A stretch of DNA of 32,000 nucleotides from Geotalea daltonii FRC-32 (GTDB lineage Bacteria; Desulfobacterota; Desulfuromonadia; Geobacterales; Geobacteraceae), in contig NC_011979.1 of the NCBI RefSeq assembly GCF_000022265.1, positions 2,220,001 through 2,252,000 on the forward strand, read 5' to 3'. The notes under the pieces are model-generated. The model was not told the origin of the DNA and did not search any database. It was given only the letters and a program-made list of their open reading frames with translations. Position numbers and translations under genes: made by a program. Numbering within the stretch: the stretch's first letter is position 1; each line of letters starts with the position of its first letter. Of the stretch, positions 1-8,987 are shown one piece after another.

Positions 1-573
1 GGCAAGTGCCCGCACCTGCGTCTTGGTCATTTCCCCCAGGGGGAAAAGGGTCATGGCCAGCTGTTCCTGGGTGAGGGTGAAGAGGAAATATGACTGGTCC
101 TTGGTCTGGTCTACCCCCTTAAGGAGATGGAAGCGGCCAGTGTCGTCCCGCAGGGTCCTTGCGTAGTGGCCGGTGGCGATAAAATCGGCACCGAGCCCAC
201 GGGCTTTTTTCAGGAGCAGTTCGAACTTGATCCATTGATTGCAGCGGACGCAGGGATTGGGGGTGCGGCCCTTCAGGTACTCATCGACGAAGTCTTTAAT
301 GACCAGGTCTTCGAATTCATCCTCGAAATTGACCACATAAAAGGGAATACCCAATTGCTCCGCCACCCGCCTGGCGTCATGGATGTCGTCCAGGGAGCAG
401 CAGGTATCGAATTTTTCGCCCTCGGCGGCAGCAAATTTGCCATAGTCCCAGACCTGCATGGAAATGCCGATCACTTCAAAGCCCTGCTCCTGGAGAAGGG
501 CTGCCGAAACCGATGAATCGACGCCACCGCTCATGGCGATGACAACACGTTTTTTGCTCTTTTCTTTATTCAT
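1..573 (-). CDS. mnmA: tRNA 2-thiouridine(34) synthase MnmA, N-terminal ~190 codons (gene runs off the left edge)
   Basis: Absent from the ORF track because no stop lies in the window. Reverse complement of 511-573 reads [21 protein letters not shown] (PP-loop SGGxDS). The frame stays open to position 1 and ends ...[40 protein letters not shown], typical of MnmA/TrmU. The ATG is 15 nt after the desulfurase stop. Confidence 0.88.
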   Translation of the reverse strand, partial: MNKEKSKKRVVIAMSGGVDSSVSAALLQEQGFEVIGISMQVWDYGKFAAAEGEKFDTCCSLDDIHDARRVAEQLGIPFYVVNFEDEFEDLVIKDFVDEYLKGRTPNPCVRCNQWIKFELLLKKARGLGADFIATGHYARTLRDDTGRFHLLKGVDQTKDQSYFLFTLTQEQLAMTLFPLGEMTKTQVRALA

Positions 574-588
574 GGGCCTTATCTGTCT

Positions 589-1725
589 CTATTTTTGCTG
601 AAGCCGCTGCAGGATCTCCGGCAGGACCCCCAGTAAGTAATTTACCTCTTCTTCGGTATTTGTCCTGCCCAGTGAGAAACGAACGGAACCTTTGGCCGAA
701 GCAGGATCGACCCCCATGGCAGCGAGGACCGGTGATGCCTTGAGGGTTCCTGAGCTGCAGGCGGAACCGGACGAGACGGCGATGCCTTGCAGATCCAGGT
801 TCAAGAGCAGTGAGTCTGCCTCAAGTCCTGTGAAAGATATGTTGGCAGTGGTCGGCAGGCGGTTTTCACGATGGCCGTTCAGACTTGCCTGTGGAAAGAT
901 GGCCATGATACCCTCTTCCAGTCGGTCACGCAACTGCTGCACTCTTGCAGCCTCGGAAGACATCTCCTCCCTGGCGATCTGGCATGCTTTGCCCAGAGCG
1001 ACAATCCCTGCGACATTCTCCGTGCCGGCTCGCCGGTTACGCTCCTGGGCGCCGCCGTGGAGCAGGGGATGCAGTTTGATCCCCTTTCTGACCACCAGTG
1101 CACCGATACCTTTGGGGGCGCCAATCTTATGGCCGGAGAGGGATAACAGGCCAATGTCCATGCCACGGCAGTCAACCGGTACCTTGCCCACCGCCTGCAC
1201 GGCATCGCAGTGGAAATAAACTCCGCGTTCCCTGCAGATGGCCCCAATTTCCCGAACAGGGAAAAGGACGCCGGTTTCATTGTTGGCAAACATGGCCGAT
1301 ACAAGAATGGTTTGGTCGCCGATAGCCGACTTCAGCTCCTGCGGGTCCACGAGGCCATCTCTATCGACCGGCAGCCTGGTAATCCGGTATCCCTCATGTT
1401 CCAGATAGTGGCAGCTGTTGAGCACGGCTGGATGTTCAACTGATGTGGTTATGATATGGTTGCCCTTGCTGCGATTGGCGGCGGCGACACCTTTGATTGC
1501 CATGTTGTCCGACTCGGAGCCGCAGGAGGTGAAAATCATCTCGGACGGTGCGCAGCCCACCAGCCCGGCCACCTCTTCACGGGCTTTCTCCACCGCACCC
1601 TTGACCATCCTGCCTGCCCAATGGATGCTGGAAGGATTGCCGAACTGCTCCCGGTAAAAGGGGAGGATCGCCTCAAGAACTTCCGGATGGACCGGAGCTG
1701 TGGCATTGTAATCCATGTAAATCAT
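589..1725 (-). CDS. cysteine desulfurase, class I NifS/IscS family (378 aa)
   Basis: N-terminus YMDYNATAP, PLP-lysine motif SLSGHKIGAPKG and catalytic-Cys loop SSGSACSSG. Lies between an Rrf2 regulator and mnmA. Confidence 0.9.
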   Translation of the reverse strand: MIYMDYNATAPVHPEVLEAILPFYREQFGNPSSIHWAGRMVKGAVEKAREEVAGLVGCAPSEMIFTSCGSESDNMAIKGVAAANRSKGNHIITTSVEHPAVLNSCHYLEHEGYRITRLPVDRDGLVDPQELKSAIGDQTILVSAMFANNETGVLFPVREIGAICRERGVYFHCDAVQAVGKVPVDCRGMDIGLLSLSGHKIGAPKGIGALVVRKGIKLHPLLHGGAQERNRRAGTENVAGIVALGKACQIAREEMSSEAARVQQLRDRLEEGIMAIFPQASLNGHRENRLPTTANISFTGLEADSLLLNLDLQGIAVSSGSACSSGTLKASPVLAAMGVDPASAKGSVRFSLGRTNTEEEVNYLLGVLPEILQRLQQK

Positions 1726-1773
1726 TTTGACCTGTAAATGTGTAGGATTATGAAGGTAATGGCAGGTGGCAAA

Positions 1774-2199
1774 TCAGGCTTCCAGGTTGCGTCGCGCTTC
1801 CTGGGCCAGGTCTTCCAGGGTAATACCATCGAGAAATCCCCGGATTTTTTCCCCCAGCCCTTTCCAGATGTTGTGGGTGACACACTGGGAGATTCGCGAG
1901 CAGCCGGTGCTGCCCTCATCCATGCAGGCCACCGGGCTGAGCGGCTCTTCCACGGTGACGACGATCTCTCCGACTTTGATGAGGGAACTCTCTCTGGCCA
2001 GGATGTAGCCCCCCCCGGGCCCACGGATACTGGTGACGATGCCGCCGTTTTTCAGGCGGAAGAAGAGCTGTTCCAGGTAACTCAGGGGGATTTCTTCCCT
2101 TTGGGCTATTTCTTTGAGCGATACAGGCTTGCTGGTAGAGTAAAGGGCAAGATCAACCATTGCCCTTACTGCATATTGAGCCCTTGTTGACAAGCGCAT
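1774..2199 (-). CDS. Rrf2-family transcriptional regulator, IscR-like (141 aa)
   Basis: N-terminal wHTH MRLSTRAQYAVRAMVDLAL. Three spaced Cys (CMDEGSTGCSRISQC) in the position of Fe-S ligands of IscR-type Rrf2 proteins. The ATG is 1 nt after the cysE stop, with GAAGGAAAG as RBS. Confidence 0.85.
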   Translation of the reverse strand: MRLSTRAQYAVRAMVDLALYSTSKPVSLKEIAQREEIPLSYLEQLFFRLKNGGIVTSIRGPGGGYILARESSLIKVGEIVVTVEEPLSPVACMDEGSTGCSRISQCVTHNIWKGLGEKIRGFLDGITLEDLAQEARRNLEA

Positions 2200-2200
2200 G

Positions 2201-2878
2201 CTACTTTCCTTCTTCGATCCGCTTTTTCAATTGCTCATGCTCAAGGGTGAGAGCGGAAAATTTGCGTTCTAATTCCCTGATCTGGTCGAACAGGCAGGAA
2301 ATGGCCTTGGCTTCAGGATCCGGAAGCTGGCCATGCTGCAGATCCATTTTTTCCGCGGGTTTTTCAACGGCCATTACGGCCCGGCCAGGTATGCCGACAA
2401 CGGTGGAATTGGGGGGGACTTCCTTAACGACGACTGAATTGGAGCCGATCTTGCTGTCCCTGCCCACGGTAAACGGTCCAAGGACTTTGGCCCCCGAGCC
2501 GACCACCACGTTGTCTTCCAGTGTGGGATGGCGCTTGGTTTTCTCCCAGCTGACTCCACCAAGGGTTACGCCATGGTAAAGGGTGACGTTGTCGCCGATC
2601 TCGGCTGTTTCGCCTATCACCACTCCCATTCCGTGGTCGATGAAGAAACCCTTGCCGATCCTGGCGCCGGGGTGAATTTCTATGCCGGTGAAAAATCTTC
2701 CCCAGTGTGAGCAGAAACGGCCGAGAAAGAACAGCTCGTGCTTCCACAACCAGTGGGAAACACGGTAGAACCAGATGGCATGAAGACCCGGATAACAGAA
2801 AAACACCTCCAGCTTGCTTCTTGCTGCAGGGTCCCTGTCGAATACCGCCTTGATGTCCTGTTGTAACCTTGAAAACAT
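2201..2878 (-). CDS. cysE: serine O-acetyltransferase
   Basis: SAT N-terminal signature [30 protein letters not shown] followed by hexapeptide repeats ([34 protein letters not shown]...). I chose the start at 2878 (MFSRLQQ) because it has an AAAGGAAAG RBS and leaves a ~30-nt leader from the promoter at 2915-2943. The track start at 2902 is an alternative. Confidence 0.88.
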   Translation of the reverse strand: MFSRLQQDIKAVFDRDPAARSKLEVFFCYPGLHAIWFYRVSHWLWKHELFFLGRFCSHWGRFFTGIEIHPGARIGKGFFIDHGMGVVIGETAEIGDNVTLYHGVTLGGVSWEKTKRHPTLEDNVVVGSGAKVLGPFTVGRDSKIGSNSVVVKEVPPNSTVVGIPGRAVMAVEKPAEKMDLQHGQLPDPEAKAISCLFDQIRELERKFSALTLEHEQLKKRIEEGK

Positions 2879-2914
2879 GGCTTTCCTTTCATGGCTGCAC
2901 AAAAGTTAAGCCAG

Positions 2915-2947
2915 ATTAAACCATACCTTACTATTTCAGTCAATTAT
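2915..2947 (-). promoter_or_regulatory. sigma70-type promoter (TTGACT-17-TTTAAT) overlapped by an IscR type-1-like operator
   Basis: The minus strand reads ATAATTGACTGAAATAGTAAGGTATGGTTTAAT. The -35 TTGACT is at 2943-2938, the spacer is 17 nt and the -10 TTTAAT is at 2920-2915. The 25-mer ATAATTGACTGAAATAGTAAGGTAT (2947-2923) matches the E. coli IscR type-1 consensus ATASYYGACTRWWWYAGTCRRSTAT (quoted from memory) at 23 of 25 positions by my count. Confidence 0.5.
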
Positions 2948-2976
2948 TATGTGAGGGGGATTAAACCGGGGGAATT

Positions 2977-5013
2977 TCAGCGTGTCAGGGGGATGGCGAA
3001 GGAGAAAGTGGTTCCTCTGTCCTCTGAGCTTTCGACCCAGATGCGGCCGTTATGGGCATCGATTATCCTTTTGCTGACGGCCAACCCCAGACCGCTTCCT
3101 TTTTTAAGGGAGCCCTTGGCTGATTTCAAGTGGTAAAATTCATTGAAGATCCTGGTCACGTAGGCTTCCGGAATTCCTTCCCCTGTGTCCGATATGGAAA
3201 TCTTCAGCTCAAGATCGTCCGCATCCACCGAAATGCCGATCTCGCCGCCCCGGGGGGTGAATTTGATAGCATTGCCGATCAGGTTGGTAAGGACGCATTT
3301 GATCTTGTCGCCGTCAAAGGATCCAAAAATATCGCTCTGTAGAGAGGTTACGGTCATCTGCACCCCATTGCCGCTGGCAAAAGGAGCGAGGACCGTGTAA
3401 ACCTCCCGGATGGGATCCATTATGTTCTGTTTTCCTATGGTCAGGGCATAATCCTTGAGATCGAACCTGGAGCTGTCCAGCAGTTCCTCGATAAGGTCCA
3501 TGAGCCGGTCGCAGCTTTCAATGGCGGCGTCCAGATGCTCGCACTGTGTTTCCGTAAGGTTCTCCGTGTCCGACTCTCTCAGTTGCAGGCAATTGCTGTG
3601 CAGGACTGCTACCGGCAGACGCAGGTCGTTGGTGGCCGTGTAGATGAATTCCGATTTGAGCAGGTCAAGGGCCTTCAGTCGCTCGTTTGCCTCGGCCAGC
3701 AGGTGCTGGTCCCTTCTTTCCCGGGTCACATCAATAAGGGCAAGGATGGCGTAGTTTCCTTCCAGGCGGTGATTACTGACCGAGACGGCGACACAACGCT
3801 TTTCCCCTGAGGATGTCTTGAAAAGGACGTCGTATTTTCTGGAAAATTCACGCCCCAGGAAGAAGTTGATGTGGTTTTCCATGCCCACCTGCAGGCTTTC
3901 TTCTGCCAGGAAATCCTTCAACGACATTTTCAGCATCTGCTTTCCACTGTAACCGAGCATTTCAGCAGCGCTTCTGTTGACATACTGCGGCTGTCCAGCC
4001 GCATTCAATACCATCAGCCCTTCCGAAGCATGTTCGAAGAGACCTTCGTAAACCGTCTTCTCTCTAAGTTCTTTTTCCAGCTTTTCTTTCGTCTCCCGCA
4101 GTTCGTCCGATTCCTCAAGAACTTTCTCAAAAAGAGATGCATTTTTTATGGCATTTGCTGCGGCATCGGCGATCGATTGACAGAAAGCAAGCTCGCGACT
4201 ACCGAACGAATTTTCCCCACCCTTTGTTCTCAAAATAAGGGCGCCGATGATCTCCTGTTCGTGGTGTATGGGGATGACGAGGATGGTGTCGAAATCAATA
4301 TCTTCAATGTATTCCCTGACCTCAGCCAGAAGTGGATGACGCTTGGCATCTTTGACGACAAAAGCCTTGCCGGTGCGGATCATCTCCTGCAGTTCGGGAT
4401 AACGGGACAGTTCGATTCTTAATCCCTTTGCTGAGGGATCGTCGTTGGAGGCGAGAACATGACCATGGCTACTGTCGCTGAACCTGACGATGGAGCAGCG
4501 CCTCATGTTGACGTGTTCAGCAATCCTGGCGACAATGATCTGCAGAATCTTTGCGGCATTGAGCGTAGAGGCAATTGAGAGGGAAAGGTCAAGGATGATC
4601 CCGGCATCTGTTTTCTTCTGTTCCACCAGTATCAGTGCGTCACGTTTGTAAAGGTTCGCCTGGACTCGTGCCAGGAGCTCATTGGTGGAGAAGGGCTTGG
4701 TAATGTAATCATCGACTCCTTCGGCAAAAGCGGAGAGCAGGTTGTTCTTTTCCTTGCTTGCCGTAATGACGAGGATCGGAATGGAGGCTGTCTGGAGATC
4801 GCTTTTGATCAGGCGGGAGGCTTCGATGCCGCTCATGTCGGGCATCATCAGGTCCATTAGAATGATATCCGGGCGGAAATCCATTGTCTTCATGACGGCT
4901 TCGCGGCCGTCACCGGCCTCTTCGATTACAAATTGAAGCGGGGCCAGGATGTCGCGCAACATCTGCCTGGCATACTTTTGATCGTCTACAATGAGAATTT
5001 TCGTCGCTTTCAT
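2977..5013 (-). CDS. hybrid sensor protein REC-GAF-PAS-HisKA(degenerate)-HATPase_c (678 aa)
   Basis: The receiver has DD (10-11), D54 (ILMDLMMPDMSG) and K106 (ITKPF). GAF spans ~140-295 and PAS ~320-430. The H-box reads KSEFIYTATNDLRLP, with Asn462 where the phospho-His is expected. The ATPase boxes are intact: N (NLIGNAIKF), G1 (DTGEGI), F (FNEFYH) and G2 (GSGLGL). Confidence 0.85.
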   Translation of the reverse strand: MKATKILIVDDQKYARQMLRDILAPLQFVIEEAGDGREAVMKTMDFRPDIILMDLMMPDMSGIEASRLIKSDLQTASIPILVITASKEKNNLLSAFAEGVDDYITKPFSTNELLARVQANLYKRDALILVEQKKTDAGIILDLSLSIASTLNAAKILQIIVARIAEHVNMRRCSIVRFSDSSHGHVLASNDDPSAKGLRIELSRYPELQEMIRTGKAFVVKDAKRHPLLAEVREYIEDIDFDTILVIPIHHEQEIIGALILRTKGGENSFGSRELAFCQSIADAAANAIKNASLFEKVLEESDELRETKEKLEKELREKTVYEGLFEHASEGLMVLNAAGQPQYVNRSAAEMLGYSGKQMLKMSLKDFLAEESLQVGMENHINFFLGREFSRKYDVLFKTSSGEKRCVAVSVSNHRLEGNYAILALIDVTRERRDQHLLAEANERLKALDLLKSEFIYTATNDLRLPVAVLHSNCLQLRESDTENLTETQCEHLDAAIESCDRLMDLIEELLDSSRFDLKDYALTIGKQNIMDPIREVYTVLAPFASGNGVQMTVTSLQSDIFGSFDGDKIKCVLTNLIGNAIKFTPRGGEIGISVDADDLELKISISDTGEGIPEAYVTRIFNEFYHLKSAKGSLKKGSGLGLAVSKRIIDAHNGRIWVESSEDRGTTFSFAIPLTR

Positions 5014-5247
5014 CGCACCACCCGGTTTGTCATTGCAGCAAATAACATACCAGCAGGGCCATCAGTTCTGAAGCGTGGCTAGTCGCGGTCAATGGGCGGG
5101 CAAGATGATAAGCAGGGATTCTGGCGGGTTATCCGCAAACCGATATCGGCAGATTTCGTCTCAGAAAAACGATATATGAGAGGCTTTGAATGTTGAGGTG
5201 GTAACAAGATAGGTGGTGAAAAGGTGTTATTTGGTTAAATCACGTTT

Positions 5248-6510
5248 CTATGGGGCAAACTGGCGCTTTTGCAATGTTTTTAGCTGGTCCGCCACCCTTT
5301 CAGCCGGGGCCTCGCCTGCCAGACGAAGGAATTCCGGAACACATTCATGGGGACTGCAGCAGGGAAAGGCCGTGGCGGAGAGGTGGTGGACCAGTTTCAT
5401 GGTCCTCAGGCCGTCGAACCAGTCATGAAAAGCCTTATGCCGAGACCTGTGGTCCTTGTTGTTCTGCCGCAGCTTGTCCCAGGTGGGTGAAAACACTGTC
5501 TGATCAAGAAAAACAGTTAATTCCGGCGATATTCCTTTGGCTAGCTCCATTAGCTGTGCTGCTTCGGAGCCAAGATTGTCGGCGACCAGCTTCAGCCATT
5601 CCTTAAGGATCAGAAAGCATTCGCTCTGGTGGAAGACGATGGCATTCGGCTCGCCGGCCAGCACTCGGGACATGGACCTGCCGGTACCGAACGGCACCCG
5701 ATGGGAGGCGCGAGGGGAAGGATGTACCACGGTGCCGCACAACTGCGAGACTCCGGCAACCCGGTGCATCTGCTGAAGGAAATAGAAGTCCTCGCCGGCG
5801 GCACGGCTGTTCATTCCGCCCATGCGGGCATAATCCATGGCGCGGCAGGCCATGGCGCTTCCTACCGTGTGGAAGGCATAGGGGGACCCGGCAATCTCCA
5901 GGCCCAGCACATAACAGCGGAGAAAGAGCTCATAGGTGTCGATCGCCTGCTGCTCCGCATATGTTGCCGGCTGCTGGTGGCGAAAGGGGATAACGGCGCC
6001 CCCTGCCGTCGAATACTGAAAGTGGCGGGTAATTGCATGGAGGTAATCGGGCTCGACCAGCGTGTCGGCATCAAGGTAGATAAGAAGAGGACTGCAGCTG
6101 GCATAATCGAGACAGGGGAGGGCCAGGTCGGCGCCGATTTTTCGTGCAAGGCCTACTCCGCCCCCCTTGATGGGCATTTCACTTCCGGGCGAGGCAGCAT
6201 CCACCCATGCCAGATTAGGTATGGACAGCTCGGCATCACCCGATTCAAGCATTTTGAGCGTAGCATCGTTATCCGTCTTGTCCTCTGGCGGCGCATCCTC
6301 CCGGTGATTGACCACCACCAGCACCAGGAACCGGTCGAGTAGCTCGGGGGGGTTCTTTGCCAGCGACTTCAATGTATGAAAAAGTCGGGGGCTTTCTGCC
6401 AAAGCCGGGATGATGACTGCTCCGGCATGGAGGGTCTCCGTCCTGCCGGAAATGGACCAGGCGCGGACACCTCGTTTACGGAGATAATCCGAGACAGGGG
6501 TGGGAATCAT
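5248..6510 (-). CDS. glycosyltransferase family 2-like protein (421 aa)
   Basis: GT-A-like layout: AVIIPALAE...LVLVVVNH... then an LIYLDADTL (DxD) motif. I moved the start to ATG 6510, whose ATGA overlaps the miaA stop (6507-6509). The longer track ORF to 6642 would overlap miaA by 136 nt. Confidence 0.5.
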   Translation of the reverse strand: MIPTPVSDYLRKRGVRAWSISGRTETLHAGAVIIPALAESPRLFHTLKSLAKNPPELLDRFLVLVVVNHREDAPPEDKTDNDATLKMLESGDAELSIPNLAWVDAASPGSEMPIKGGGVGLARKIGADLALPCLDYASCSPLLIYLDADTLVEPDYLHAITRHFQYSTAGGAVIPFRHQQPATYAEQQAIDTYELFLRCYVLGLEIAGSPYAFHTVGSAMACRAMDYARMGGMNSRAAGEDFYFLQQMHRVAGVSQLCGTVVHPSPRASHRVPFGTGRSMSRVLAGEPNAIVFHQSECFLILKEWLKLVADNLGSEAAQLMELAKGISPELTVFLDQTVFSPTWDKLRQNNKDHRSRHKAFHDWFDGLRTMKLVHHLSATAFPCCSPHECVPEFLRLAGEAPAERVADQLKTLQKRQFAP

Positions 6511-7430
6511 GGCCGGCAAAATGGAGTGGACTGGGTTTTTTGATGGGAAAGGATCCCCAGTGCTTCCGCCAGGGGATCTGCGGCGCCGTCCAACCAATGG
6601 ATGACCGTGCCGTGCCGTTCCATGCGGGAGAACCACGTGCACTGGCGCTTGGCAAAGTCGTGGATGGCGCTGTTCAATTTCTGGAACATGTCGTTGCGGC
6701 TCAGTTCCCCCTTGAGGTGCCTGGCAATGAAGCGATACTCCAGACCATAGAATTCAAGGGTCTCGAAGGGGATGCCGGTGTCGTGCAGCCGTTCCACCTC
6801 CTGGATCATCCCCTGGTCGAGCCTGAGTTTCAGCCTCTCGGTTATGCGTTGGCGAAGGATCGGACGATCCCACTGGATGCCGAAGATCAGGGGGGACAGG
6901 CCGGGGAGGAACGGCGCCTGCGGGGGAGCCTCATATTCGGCGATTTCGATGGCCCGCACCAGGCGGTGATGGTCAAGGAGGTCGGTGGAGTTGTGGAGAC
7001 GGGGATTGGCGTTTCCAAGGCGCTCCATGAGAGCCTCGTGAGAAAAACCGGCCAGTTGCCGTCGCAGCTGGGCGTTCTCAGGCACTTCTACCAGTCTGTA
7101 CCCCTTCAGCACCGATTCAAGGTACATGCCGGTTCCCCCAACCATCACCGGCAACTTGCCACGCTCCGTAATATGGTTGTAGGCTTGCTCGAAGCGGCGC
7201 TGGAACTCAAAGACATTGAATTCATAACCGGGATCGACGATATCGATCAGGTGATAGGGAACTTCCCCATACTCGGACAAGTCCTTGCCGGTGCCGATGT
7301 CCATGCCCCGATAGACCTGCCTGGAATCGGCGGAAAGGACCTCGCCGAAAAACCGCCGGGCCAGTTCCACCCCCAGCCTGGTTTTGCCCGAGGCGGTCGG
7401 GCCAAGTATGACAAGAAGGTTGAAGAGCAT
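6507..7430 (-). CDS. miaA: tRNA dimethylallyltransferase
   Basis: P-loop LVILGPTASGKT, then ADSRQVYRGMDIGTGK and GGTGMYL motifs. 307 aa. Starts 8 nt after the ctpA stop. Confidence 0.92.
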   Translation of the reverse strand: MLFNLLVILGPTASGKTRLGVELARRFFGEVLSADSRQVYRGMDIGTGKDLSEYGEVPYHLIDIVDPGYEFNVFEFQRRFEQAYNHITERGKLPVMVGGTGMYLESVLKGYRLVEVPENAQLRRQLAGFSHEALMERLGNANPRLHNSTDLLDHHRLVRAIEIAEYEAPPQAPFLPGLSPLIFGIQWDRPILRQRITERLKLRLDQGMIQEVERLHDTGIPFETLEFYGLEYRFIARHLKGELSRNDMFQKLNSAIHDFAKRQCTWFSRMERHGTVIHWLDGAADPLAEALGILSHQKTQSTPFCRP

Positions 7431-7437
7431 CGAGGAA

Positions 7438-8781
7438 CTACTTCTTCATCTTCAACTGGGACAGCATGTCGATCCCCTTCAAGAGGTCCAGTGCCCTTGA
7501 GAGCTGGTAGTCATCCTTTTTCGACTTGTCGACAGCGCCCCTGGGGGCAGGCTTTTCCTGCTTCTGTTCCTGTTTCTGCTCCGTTGCACCCCCTTTTCCC
7601 TCGAAATGGTTCTCCAGGTCTTTTTCCCTGATGGCCTGGTCCTTGTCCGGCTCTCCATTCTTCGGTTTCATCATGCTGACGACGATATCGGGGGTGATCC
7701 CCTTGGCCTGGATGGATCGACCATTGGGGGTATAATATTTTGCAGTGGTGAGTTTGAGGCCGTCGCCGTTTTTCAGGGGCAGCACGCTCTGAACCGATCC
7801 CTTGCCGAAGCTCTGGGTGCCCATGATGATGGCCCGTTTATGATCCTGCAGTGCTCCGGCGACAATTTCCGAGGCGCTGGCGCTGCCGCCGTTGATCAGC
7901 ACCACCATCGGATAGCGGGGTTCCTTTTCCCCCACATAGGCGGTCCAGCTTCTTTTTGCCGACGGCTCACGTCCCTCGGTGTAGACGATGAGGCCGTTGG
8001 AGAGCCCTTCGCCAATGAAGCGATCAGCCACCATGAATGCCGAATCCACCAGCCCTCCGGGATTAAAACGAAGATCGAGCACCAAGCCGCGCAATGTGCC
8101 ACCATTTTCTTCCCGCAGCTTCTTCAGGGCATTGGTGAAATCTTCACCGGTCCTCGCCTGAAACTCGGCAATGCCGATATAGCCGAAACCCGGCTCCAGG
8201 GTTTTTGCCTTGAGACTTTTAGTTTTGATGATGTCCCGTACCAACGGGAAGATCAACGGGGTGCTGGAGCCGTTGCGCAGGATGGTAAGGGTGACGCTGG
8301 TTCCCTTTTCGCCGCGCATCAGGCTGACCGCCTTGGAGATGTTCATGCCCCTGGTCAGCTTGTCGTCGATCTTCCAGATGTGGTCCGCCGGCTTGATGCC
8401 GGCCTTGAAGGCAGGGGTGTCTTCGATGGGGGAGACCACCACCAGCTTGCCGTCCAGCATGTTGATTTCGATGCCCAACCCGCCGAAGGAGCCGGACATG
8501 TGCACCTGCATTTCCTTGAACGGTTCAGCCGCAAGGTATTCGCTGTGGGGGTCGAGGGAGGCGAGCATTCCCTTGACCGCGTTCTGCATGAGCTTCTTGC
8601 TCTCCACCTCTTCAACGTAATGTTTTTTGACGATGGCGACAACCTCGACGAACAGTCGAATGTAGTCCTGGTCGTCAGTCCGGGTGATGCTTTTCCGGGT
8701 GTTGATGATGCCGATGATGGCTGAAGCCAGGATAATGATGATCAGGATCAGGGAGAGGATTATTTTTCTGCTTCTGCCCAT
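7438..8781 (-). CDS. ctpA: S41 carboxy-terminal processing peptidase with PDZ domain
   Basis: PDZ segment GLGIEINMLDGKLVVVSPIEDTPAFKAGIKPADHI. Ser/Lys dyad context VLINGGSASASEIVAGALQD ... TQSFGKGSVQ. I chose the start at 8781 (MGRSRKIILSLILIIIIL, a membrane anchor) because GGAGG lies ~8 nt upstream. Confidence 0.88.
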   Translation of the reverse strand: MGRSRKIILSLILIIIILASAIIGIINTRKSITRTDDQDYIRLFVEVVAIVKKHYVEEVESKKLMQNAVKGMLASLDPHSEYLAAEPFKEMQVHMSGSFGGLGIEINMLDGKLVVVSPIEDTPAFKAGIKPADHIWKIDDKLTRGMNISKAVSLMRGEKGTSVTLTILRNGSSTPLIFPLVRDIIKTKSLKAKTLEPGFGYIGIAEFQARTGEDFTNALKKLREENGGTLRGLVLDLRFNPGGLVDSAFMVADRFIGEGLSNGLIVYTEGREPSAKRSWTAYVGEKEPRYPMVVLINGGSASASEIVAGALQDHKRAIIMGTQSFGKGSVQSVLPLKNGDGLKLTTAKYYTPNGRSIQAKGITPDIVVSMMKPKNGEPDKDQAIREKDLENHFEGKGGATEQKQEQKQEKPAPRGAVDKSKKDDYQLSRALDLLKGIDMLSQLKMKK

Positions 8782-8867
8782 GCGGGACGCGCCTCCATTC
8801 TGTGAATAAGCCGAACGGCTTAATTTAGATTCACCCCGGCAAATTGTCAACTTGAAAGCAGTTTCCC

Positions 8868-8922
8868 CTTAACCATCTTTTAATTTGCCTGTAACACCAA
8901 TGCCACATAGTGCATTTAGGAT
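8868..8922 (+). promoter_or_regulatory. Pho-box-like array plus -10 for the porin gene
   Basis: CTTAACC ATCT TTTAATT TGCC TGTAACA CCAA TGCCACA, i.e. heptamers in 11-bp register, followed by 9 nt and TAGGAT (8917-8922). Confidence 0.5.
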
Positions 8923-8987
8923 GTGGCCAGTCAAAACGATCCGCGAATCTAAAGCCGGGTTATCCGGCAAACCTAAAGGAGGAGAAA

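Noticed and set aside
127-516. 129-aa plus-strand ORF at the left edge
   Set aside because: It is antisense to the open mnmA frame, which carries the PP-loop SGGVDSS and KDQSYFLF motifs.
5248-6642. Full 464-aa version of the glycosyltransferase-like ORF
   Set aside because: The first 44 codons would overlap the miaA 3' end and are Arg/Gly/Pro-rich. The internal ATG at 6510 forms an ATGA stop-start overlap with miaA, so I used the shorter start.
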